A DNA stretch of 64,000 nt, taken from assembly GCF_006345805.1 (NCBI RefSeq), contig NC_043021.1, forward strand, positions 6,634,001 to 6,698,000. The letters run 5' to 3'. Of this stretch, positions 53,812-64,000 are shown piece after piece (position 1 is the first letter of the stretch; the number at the start of each line of letters is the position of its first letter). The notes under the pieces are model-generated. The model saw nothing but the letters and a program-made list of their open reading frames with translations. It was not told the origin of the DNA and searched no databases. The DNA is from Octopus sinensis. Taxonomy: Eukaryota. Both the position numbers and the translations under genes were made by a program.

Positions 53812-54766
53812 TGGTCATTTTTTTTTGTTTTCTTGCCAAATAATCACATGCACTGATATTTGTTCTTCATGCGTGTGTTTATTTGGCAAGAAATAAAAAA
53901 AAAAAAAATGACCATCCGAAAATGTAACAATATAATAACATAGCTTATATTGTAACTGATTCTGGATTTTGGTGCCATTGTGCAGCACTTTGCACACATC
54001 TTCTGTTGTTGCTTCAGGCCAACCAAAACCTTTTGGGTGGATTTAGTAGATGGAAAACCGCAAGAAGCCCATTGTGTGTATGTGTGTGTGTGTGTGTGTG
54101 CATGCGTGTGTCCTTGTTTTAGCGTCACATAGTGATTGTAAACGAGCACCACCATTATACAAGTGGTGCTGTCTGCTTTCAATCTTCCATGAAAACATGC
54201 TTGGCTATGAGAAATATTACCTTAATTGGAAACAGATGACGATCAGCAACAAGAAGGGGATCCAGCCACAGAGAATCTGCCTTGACAAATTCTGCTTGAT
54301 CAATACAAGCAATACTGCTGCTGCTGCTGCTACTACTACTACTACTACTACTGCTACTGATGCTGCTGCTACTACTGTCATAAGTGTTCAGGTGTGTGTG
54401 TGTGTTTATAACATAACTGCTTTTAGAATACTGTCACCCCCACCTTCACACACATACACGGAGCTTTGGCAGGGAAAATGGCCTTAAAACATTTACTTTG
54501 GAAGAAGAGAAAGTCTAAATGTTTTGGAGACTAGACAGATGACGTCAACTGGTTTTGAAGGACAAATTAGGATCAATAAGAAGAGATCTAAGTGTTCTGC
54601 TCATTCTATAAGTATGTGAACCCATAACATGATTCTTGGGCGAATCAGCCTGGCACAGTGTGATAAGGGTGAATGCTTTGAATTACAAGTACAAACCATC
54701 CAGTGAGCTGGGTACACACGTTCTGTACCCAGTTTGACTGATTGAGTTTCTCTGCTTGAGATACCA

Positions 54767-55142
54767 GTGCTGGTGGCACATAAGAGAACCATCTGAACGT
54801 GGCCGTTGCCAGCGCCGCCCTTACTGGCCTCCGTGCCGGTGGCATGTAAAAAGCACCATCCGATTGTGGCCATTGCCAGCCTCATCTGGCCCCTGTACTG
54901 GTGGCACGTAAAAAGCACCATCCGCTCGTGGCCATTTGCCAGCCTCGTCTGGCACCTGTGCAGGTGGCACGTAAAAAGCACCCACTACACTCACGGAGTG
55001 GTTGGCGTTAGGAAGGGCATCGAGGTGTAGAAACACTGCCAGATCAGACTGGGCCTGGTGCAGCCTTCTGGCTTCCAAGACCCCAGTTGAACCGTCCAAC
55101 CCATGCTAGCATGGAAAGCGGACCTTAAACGATGATGATGAT
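54767..55142 (+). mobile_element. Family B retroposon with three internal units
   Basis: As the other B copies. Confidence 0.85.
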
Positions 55143-56491
55143 AGATGCTCAGGGTAGATACTAGTGGAATATTCAGCTACTTACGCATTAAATTCAGTGA
55201 GCAGGTAATTCACTCGATCAAGGAAACTGACTAGGGTTCATCTTGATGAGAGAGGAGGAGGAGGAGGAGGCAAAGGAGGCAAGCGAGAAAAGGGATATGC
55301 AACAAGTGTTGGGGGAGGTGGGGAGGGACAACAACTAGCCCCAGTACAATATTTTTTGATGAGGTTACTTAATGATAGGGAAGCAGTACTGACACTTACT
55401 TAATACATTGGTTTCAAATTTTGGCACAAGGCCAGCCATTCGGGGGAAGGAGTCGGTTACATCAGCCTCAGCATTCAACTGGTCCTTATTTTATCAACCC
55501 CAAAATGATGAGAGGTGAAGTTGGCCTTTGCAGAATTTGAACTCAGAATGTAAAGACGGACAAAATGACGTAAACCGTTTTGCCCAGCTTGTTAACAGTT
55601 CTGCCGGTCGCTAATATATTGGATTACTGCTAGCCAACTAGAGAGATCTCAACAGTGCTAGAAATAGCAGTAAAAATATCCTTCAAATCAAGCCCCTTTT
55701 TTTTTTTTTTTACATTAGTGTAAGATAGGAAGGGTGCGAGAAAGGATGTTGTTCACTGCTGGAACATTGATCAGGTCTGCTTGTTTGTTGGCTGATCTAG
55801 GGGTTAAACCAGAACTATTTCTGCTGCAGCTGCTACCACCACCACCACCACCACCACCACTACTACTGTCATAAGTGCTCAGTTTGTGTATGTGTGATCA
55901 AGCCATCTTCTCTGTCAATACTTGTTTACTGTAGGAGAATTTATGTTTGTCGTCAGCTCCAGTTTCATTTATTTGTATGTATATCAAGTAGCTATCATCA
56001 TCATCGTCACAATATCAGAATATTATTTCTTTCTCAGGTCATATTTATTACCCCCCCCCCCAACCAATGCTAGATCTATTAAATATGTTAACACTTATGT
56101 CTGTCTGTGTATCTGCTGAATTATGGGTCTCAACACATTTTTTTTTCTACTTTGTGTTTTTATTTACTTTTTGTTTTGCTTCTTGTATTAAGAATTATCG
56201 CGCTCATGCAATTATATTCTGTGCTGCGGAAATTGTTGTTTCTCATCCTTGTCCTTCTTCAGAGAGAGAGAGGGTTTCAGTCATTAGAGTAGGGTCTGCG
56301 TTGGGGTTTAGTCAAATAAATTGACCTCAGTGTTTTCTTCTTTTTAAAGCCTGGTATATATTCTATTGATATCTTTGGTTGAATTGCTAAGTTATGGCAT
56401 TTTGAACAAACTAACACCAGTGGCTAAGCAATGGTGGGGAGCAAATACAAAGACATTCACACACATACCTATCTATCTATCTATCTATCTA

Positions 56492-56555
<64 letters not shown>

Positions 56556-56621
56556 TGCATAGGTGTGTATGTATGTGTGTATATATATATATATATATAG
56601 ATCAAAACAGTTTGATTTCTC

Positions 56622-56659
<38 letters not shown>

Positions 56660-56662
<3 letters not shown>

Positions 56663-56765
56663 CAAAACAGTTTGATTCAAATTTGTTGGTACTCTTGAGT
56701 TTCAAGTGTGATGCTAGTCTTGAAACTCGAGAGCACCAACGAATTTGAATCAAACTATTTTGATC
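56660..56765. repeat. Inverted repeat, 47 bp arms, 12 nt loop
   Basis: Arms 56660-56706 and 56719-56765 differ at four positions, all transitions. Confidence 0.9.
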
Positions 56766-58812
56766 CATACATGTAACTTCCAATAAATTGGTCGAGTGCC
56801 CTTCTTTTGTTTGTCCTCTCAGTCATGTGTGTGTGTGTGTGTGTACACACCCACGCACACAATGAGCTTCCACACTATTTCCATCTGCCAAATTCTCTAC
56901 CAAACTGGTGTCTGCCTGGGGCTATAGTAGAAGACACTTGTTTGAAGTGCTGAGCAGTGGGACTGAACCCGAAACCATGTGGTTGCAAAGTGAGTTTCTT
57001 AATCATACCTCCACATTTTTCTTAGAGAGAGAGAGAGAGAGAGAGAAAATACAGGCCAAAAATACAGGTTCTTTAAACTAGGATATAAAAATAACTAGTA
57101 TTGTTATGTGAGCAGTATATAAAACAGTCACTGGGCAAATTGGCCTGTGAGATTTTTCTGAATAACTTACCCAACAAAGAATTGCTTTGAATTTTTCTAT
57201 TAGTACTGTCTACTTGATGATGAGCCATGTGTTCATGCTGCCTGCTCCTTGAGAAAGGCTGCTCATACTTGATTTAAACTGTCTTTGTGTATCTCAGGGT
57301 ATTTCTCATTCATTATATATTTGCTTTTAATCAGTGACATCAATATTTCTAGTTTGATGGGTTTTTTTAAATATGTTCTGTCCTATTAAATATGCTGACA
57401 CTAAGTCATTTATTGCTTTTAGCAATATTTATTAGGCTGTTTGAAATGTTAACACGCTGGGCAAAATGCTTAGCGGCATTTCATCCATCCTTACATTCTG
57501 AGTTCAAATTCTGCCGAGATCGACTTTGCCCTTCATCCTTTCAGGGTTGATAAAATAAGTACCAGGTGAGTACTGGGGTTGATGTAATCAACTATCACTC
57601 TTCCCATAGACTTGCTGGCCTTGTGCCAAACTTTGAAACCAATATTTATTAGACTGTCATCATTGCTTTTCTCAGAGTGTTGACATTGGAATAACACATT
57701 TAACTACTGTCATCACTGTTTCTTTTTGCATGAGGAATACTCAACCAGCAAGGGAATCTCTTGTTGAGCTGTCAGAAGTAACAGCTAAATCTACTTTGAA
57801 CCACATCCTTAACCCTTTTAGCATGTAAACTGGCCATATTTGACCAAAATATTCTACTTGTTTTATGTTCAAACTGGTCAGAGTCAGCCTCTCACACCCA
57901 CCCTAAAATGTCATTCTAAAAATATACAATTATAACATTGAAATCTCAAAGTTACAAGATAATGTAGGATAAATTCAAAGCAATGTGGATAAATAAGCAT
58001 TACATTTGACAAAATAATGGGAAAGCTAAAGGGTTCATCCTCTTAGCCTTGTACCTGTGTAAGAAATTATCTAACCCATGAGCATTAAAACTGGCCATAT
58101 CTCCCCCAAATATTCTACTTGTTTTATGCTCAAACTGACCAGATCCATCTGCTCACACTTCTGCTACAATGTCATTTTAAAGATATACAATCACATCATT
58201 GAAATCTCAATGTTACAAGGTAATGCAATGATTAATTCAAAACAATGTGAATAAATAATCATTACATTTGAAAGAGTAATCTGAAAGCTAAATGATTACT
58301 AGTCAAAGAAATACCAATGAGAAAACTGCTATATGGTCACTCAGTCTCCTAGGGCTATAGCCGCTAAATTTCCCTCAAATCACGCAAGTCTTGCTCAATC
58401 AGGGCGGCTTGCATGTGGCCAAGTACTAACACCAAAAATAGCCATTTAACAATTTCCTATATGAGCAAATTAGATATTTAGGCCATCAAGTTTACCAGAA
58501 ACAGACACTTTAGTACTCTTCTCTCTTCACAGCCCTTGATGACCTCCCTCTCTGAACTTCCTGTCACTCTGGGAGCTAATTAGAGATCTTCTCCCAATGT
58601 GGGTACGAGGAGAAGGGGTTGTACTGTTGAAAAAGATACCAATTGCTGTTCCCTTTATCTTTGTCTTATCAGCTAAATATTCCCAAGTAGAGTTCCTCCA
58701 TATAAGGAGTCTAGGTAAACAATAAAACTCAATTGAAACAAGCACCAGGTACCATAAGCCTCCTTTGCCAAAGTAGTTCTTTCTTTCATAGATCTAGAAT
58801 TGAAAGTGTGAT

Positions 58813-58849
<37 letters not shown>

Positions 58850-59242
58850 TATCATGCTTTGATTAACCAGTCATTAATGTTATGGAAGTCATTTAGCTCT
58901 CTTTTTACATTATCAAACATTGCTTTGGCAACTTGAAATAAAAACAGAACTTCAAGTTTGAAGGAATGATGTTTCTTGTTTCTGTGGGCTGTTATGCCTT
59001 TTAACCCTTTAGTGTTCAGATTATTCTGTCAAATGTGATGTTTGTTTATTTAAAATGGTTTGAATTAATCATGCATTATCTTGTAGTTTAGAGATTTCGG
59101 TGATGTGATTTTTTAGTTTTAAAACGACATGGTTGGGCTGAGATGATAGGTCAGATCTGGTCAGTTTCAATATATAACAGGTTAAATATTTTGGCCAGAT
59201 ATGGCAGGTTTGAATGCTAAAGGGTTAAATAACCCTTACTGT

Positions 59243-59283
<41 letters not shown>

Positions 59284-60459
59284 TGGGGGAGAAGGTAAGA
59301 GAAACAAAGAGTGCTAGTTGAATTTTACTTGTGATACTGGTCAGATCTGACGAAGTAGCTGAACCATGAAAGTATGTTATGTAGGATATTATCAAAATAT
59401 GTGTCAAGTCCCTCACCCCCCTTAACCATCACCTTACTTATTGCGAACCCTCATTTTCTTCCTGTTTCAACTCCACTGTTTTCTGTTTCAAATTGAATGT
59501 TCTCAAACTATTAGTCTTCAAACATGAATCTATGAACTCCATACATGTATTTATTGCCTACAAATATGTATATAATAATAACTTTACACACAAATTATCT
59601 GTAATATTTTTGTGGCGTATTGTGTGGAAAGAAGCTTGCTTCCCAACCACATGGTTCCAGGTTCAGTCCCACTGCATGGCACCTGAGGCAAGTGTCTTCT
59701 ACTATAGCCTCGGGCTGACCAAAGCCTTGTGAGTGGATTTGGTAGACGGAAACTGAAAGAAGCCTACTATGTATGTGTGTGTGTGTCTGTGTTTGTCCTC
59801 CACCATCTCTTAATATCCAGTGTTGATGTGTTTACGTCCCTGTAACTTAGCAGTCCAGCAACAGAGACCAATAGAATAAATATCTGGCTTAAAAAAAAAA
59901 AAAAGATATAGGTATTTGGGTTCAATCCATTCGACTAAAAATTCTTCAAAGCAGTATCCAGAATAACCACAGTCCAATGACAGAAACAGCTTAAAAGATC
60001 AAAATAAGAAGACACACAGTGCATTTATTTCAGTGCAAGATAAAGAAGGGTAAAAAACAGTATTCTCCCTCAAATTGGTGAGGTAACTTAATCTCTGGAT
60101 AGAATTCAGTGGATTTTTGCAAAAACGAATTCAGGACTAGAAAACACCAAACAAATAGGAATATTAAGTAATAAATTCTACACTGTATGGGGTTGGAAGA
60201 AGAGGTGGGTTCCGGCGTTTGAGGCAGAAGTCCTTTTTCTCTCTCTGTCTCACAAGTACAGGCAATAGTCTGAAACCTTGAACTCATCTATTTCTTCTAA
60301 ACTGGAAGAATTAATTCCCTTCTAAGGCTGTTTGTTGTTTTTATTGATGTTTTTATTGTATCTGATACATGTAATATGTTTTTGTACGTGTGTGTGTGTG
60401 TGTGTGTGTGTACATATGTGTATATATACTTGTGTGTGTGTGTATTAAGTATTTTTTTA

Positions 60460-60831
60460 TTACTTGTTTCAGTCATTTGACTGCGGCCATGCTAGAGCAC
60501 CGCGTTTAGTCGAGCAAATCGACCCCAGGACTTATTCTTTGTAAGCCCAGTACTTATTCTATCGGTCTCTTTTGCCGAACCGCTAAGTGACGGGGACGTA
60601 AACACACCAGCATCGGTTGTCAAGCCATGTTGGGGGGACAAACACATACACACACACACACACACATATATATATGACAGGCTTCTTTCAGTTTCCGTCT
60701 ACCAAATCCACTCACAAGGCATTGGTCGGCTCGGGGCTATAGCAGAAGACACCTGCCCAAGATGCCACACAGTGGGACTGAACCCGGAACCATGTGGCTG
60801 GTTAGCAAGCTACTTACCACACAGCCACTCC

Positions 60832-60832
<1 letters not shown>
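60460..60832 (-). mobile_element. SINE family A
   Basis: Reverse copy. Confidence 0.92.
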
Positions 60833-60894
<62 letters not shown>

Positions 60895-60979
60895 CTGAAT
60901 CCACCCCTGGGTTAGTTATAAAGACTTGAGTGCTCTAATGTCAGCCCTTTGATTGTGTTTGTGTATATTTATAAGATGG

Positions 60980-61375
60980 GTATGTGGTTAAGAAGCTTGC
61001 TTCCCAACCACAAGGTTTTGGGTTCAGTCACTGCATAATACCTTGGATAAAATGTCTTTTGCAATAGTTCCAGGTAACCAGTCTCAAAAGTGGATTTGAT
61101 ACAACAGAAAAAAACTGAAAAAACCCGATATGCATATTGCGTGGTATGCTTTGTCTTGACATTGCATGATAGTAGTCAGTAAGCCTCATTGTCATAGAAG
61201 CAGTGTCGTTGATTTCCAGCCATCTGCAAAAATACGTCTAGCCACGGGGGAAATATTACCTTGCTTGGAAACAGATGACAACTGGCAACCGGGAAGGCGT
61301 CTTGCCGTAGAAAATCTGCCTCAGTCCAACACATGCAAACATAGAAAAGTGGATGTTAAAATGGTGATGATGTAA
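60980..61375 (+). mobile_element. Chimeric SINE: family A-type head with family G body and (GAT)n tail
   Basis: Degenerate A head followed by GAAATATTACCTTGCTTGGAAAC...GGATGTTAAAATGGTGATGATG; G bodies also near 17515-17625, 19930-20130, 54120-54310. Confidence 0.65.
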
Positions 61376-62294
61376 ATAACTCTTAACTATCAAGTGTTAA
61401 TGTTGTATGCATTACCGAAGAACGTCAGCTCTTACGTCAGCCACGTTGTACACAGCACTTGAAAATCTACTGACTTCTGACATTCAAGTTTTTCAACTTT
61501 TAAAGTATCTGCATAGTTCATAGCAGTCTGTAGTTGTTGGTTGCTCAAATTGTTAATAATAGCAGCCAAACTTCTTTTTAATTGCAAACCACTTTACTAT
61601 CTTAAAGAGAAAAAATGCAAAAAAGAACAGGAATATGATATGGGGTGGTCACTGCTGGAATGTCTTCGTTTTTAAGTCTGCTGTATAATAAGGTGACCTC
61701 GGACTCAACAAGAGCAAGGAAGGACATTGGGTAGTGTAGAGATGGATACACTTTGTCTGAATATAAGGTGGGATGGTCACAACTGGAATGTCTTTGACTG
61801 AAAATGTGCCGGATCATCTTATTTAGGTTTACTGTACAATGCAGTTTAAATCAAGATGGAGGAAAAGGCACCACATACACACACAATATTCGTTTTTGTG
61901 TGTGCAAAGCTCTGAAAAGGATTTAGTCTTTGTATTACTGGGGTTTCAGGCTTTATAAAAGTTAATCCCTCTTTATACATACACCAATACATAAGTCTGT
62001 CTGTGTGTGTGTGTGCATGCGTGTCCATGTCAGCTTGTGCTAATCCAGACAAAGTGTGTTTATACAATGACAGGTGTAGAAAATTGTTTCAAGGTCTCAG
62101 GTGTGCACGCACATGCACACACACACACACACGCATGCATTGATCTCCGGTCAACGCAGGTAGGGAAATATATACCCAATAGTGGAAACTATGCAGATTG
62201 AAGACCCAGATCAAATAGTTACAAAGAAACCCCACAAAATAAGTCTCACCACTCAAAGAGAGGAAAAGAAATAGAACGAATCGCTCCCTTAAAC

Positions 62295-62576
62295 CAGTGG
62301 TTCTCAATCAATCAGGGTTCATATGACCCTTGAGTGAGGGGTCTACATAAAGGTTTTTGTTATTTTTAAAGTTAATGTACAATAAACTGAGTTTACATGC
62401 TTTACCTCTACAACGCACAAAATATTTTGACAGTTTTTTTTTTTATACAATTCTTAATAATATTTAATTATTAAAATGTAACAGGATTTTTTAAGCATTG
62501 AATGGCTTTGAGGGTCCACTCGAGTAAAATAGGAATCAAAAGGAGTCAACAGGTGAAAAATGGTTGAGAATCATTG
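62295..62576. mobile_element. hAT-type MITE family F with 8 bp TSD
   Basis: CAGTGGTTCTCAA...TTGAGAATCATTG; left flank CCTTAAAC; the right CCTTAA site was later hit by a family C MITE. Confidence 0.75.
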
Positions 62577-62777
62577 CCTTAACCCCTTAGCATTTAAACC
62601 AGTCATTTCCAGCTAAAATATTCTTCTTGTTCTATATTCAGACTGACCAGACGTGACATCTCACACCTATCCTAGATATATTTTGAAGATAAACAATCAG
62701 ATCATTGGAAATCTCAAGGTTACCAGATAATGCAGGATGAACTCCAAATAATTTGAATAAATAATCTAAAGGGTTAA

Positions 62778-63260
62778 ATGGACTTTCACACAGTTTCCGT
62801 TAAGAGACTAGAATCCTTCGATCACCTCTGTCTACGCCGCATCCTTCATGTCCGATGGCATCACTTTGTCTCCAACAATTTGGTGCGACACCAGTGCAAA
62901 ATCATCTCCCTCCGACAAGTCATCCTAATGAGACGTCTGCGTTGGCTTGGTCATGCCCTCCATCGTCAACCAGGAGAATTCATCTACAAAGCAATTGCCC
63001 CAGCTCCCCTTTAGGGTTGGCGAAAGCGATGTGGTGGACAACGAAAAACCTGGCTGATGACAGTCAAGGCTGATCTGGAACCCAACCTAGGCCCCCATAT
63101 CTACGGTGTTCACCGCTGGAATAAGGAATGGTTGGAGATCACATGTTCGTTAGCCTCAAGTCGCCAGGTCTGGTCAGCGTTTGTGAGAGATGCAGCATTG
63201 AGGATGAATGAAGCCAGCTCAACCCACCCCGGGTGAATGCTGTCTCAAGACAAGAGGAAG
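62778..63260 (+). mobile_element. 5'-truncated RTE-clade LINE 3' end (ORF C-terminus with one internal stop)
   Basis: KRLESFDHLCLRRIL...W...SN...RRLRWLGHALHR...*GWRKRCGGQRKTWLMTVKADL...ASSTHPG*; frame continues to TGA at 63234-63236 with a single TAG at 63012-63014; CAAGA-type tail. Confidence 0.85.
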
Positions 63261-63558
63261 AAGACTGTTTCTGTGTATTACGCTTACAGAGGCCATGGCA
63301 GTAGTATTTTTGCCCAAGTGCCATACCCTGGGATTGAACTTGAAGCCACCTAGTTATGGAGTAAAACAACCATATCTATGCAAAGTTATGAAAGTAGAGG
63401 GGGGGGGGTTGTTATTTGGTGTTGCTGATGGTGATGGTACAACTGATTGCTAGTTTGGTGTCATCTAAGAGATTGGCCCATTTGACAACAATGAAAGGAA
63501 GGCCAAAGGTTGAGTGTGTGCTTGTGTGCATGCCTGCCTGCATGTGTGCGAATGTGCG

Positions 63559-63590
<32 letters not shown>

Positions 63591-64000
63591 GGGAGAGTAC
63601 AGGGACAGTAAAAACAAAACTATGTTTGAGGGTGATGGTGATATGGAAGGGTCGCGTTACCGACAGTATGTGGGTTGTGTGGAAAGGAGACAGCGAGGTG
63701 AAAGTGGGTTGGGTGGGGGACAAATTGCCAAATTAATTTTAGTGAAACAGTTACAAAAACAAAAAAAAAGAAAAAGAGAGAGAAAGAAGGAAAAGTAGCT
63801 GGAACAGTTGTGCAGATGTTATGTTGGTGGGAGTTGCACAATTTTGTTCCTCGCAGTTGTAACACACAGTTGACAGCAGCCGTCTGTAAATGCATGTTTG
63901 TATGTATGTGTGTGTGTGTGTGTGTATTTATATGTGTGTAATGATAGGATTACATGCACCCACCCACACCCATACACACGTGCACACACACACACACTAC

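Noticed and set aside
58527-58800. 72 aa minus-strand ORF as a retrocopy or LINE fragment next to a poly-T run
   Set aside because: No recognisable domain, and the A-run is upstream of the ORF on that strand, not a 3' poly(A) tail.

Overview
AT-rich, microsatellite-dense animal genomic DNA. The repeat families look cephalopod, probably Octopus (inference from recognition, not tested). Only one host coding exon is evident: the large first coding exon of a homeodomain-interacting protein kinase (HIPK) on the + strand (exon 23874-24996, ATG 23891). I found no further HIPK exon, so most of the window is probably intron. The rest is dispersed repeats: several tRNA-derived SINE families, TTAA (piggyBac-type), hAT-type and mariner-type MITEs, a non-autonomous Helitron, and CR1/L2-like, RTE and Tc1/mariner coding relics. 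Almost all other listed ORFs are microsatellite or SINE artefacts. Main leads: (1) short elements embedded in (TA)n tracts that carry minimal type-I hammerhead ribozyme folds with non-canonical cores, including a compensatory G3:C8 swap and a palindromic double copy, probably Penelope-like termini; (2) an exon and inverted-SINE architecture predicting an octopus circHIPK; (3) LINE 3' fragments sharing the 3' tail of the dominant SINE, i.e. its candidate partner LINE; (4) a CRISPR-looking tandem array with poly-C spacers inside a retroposon.
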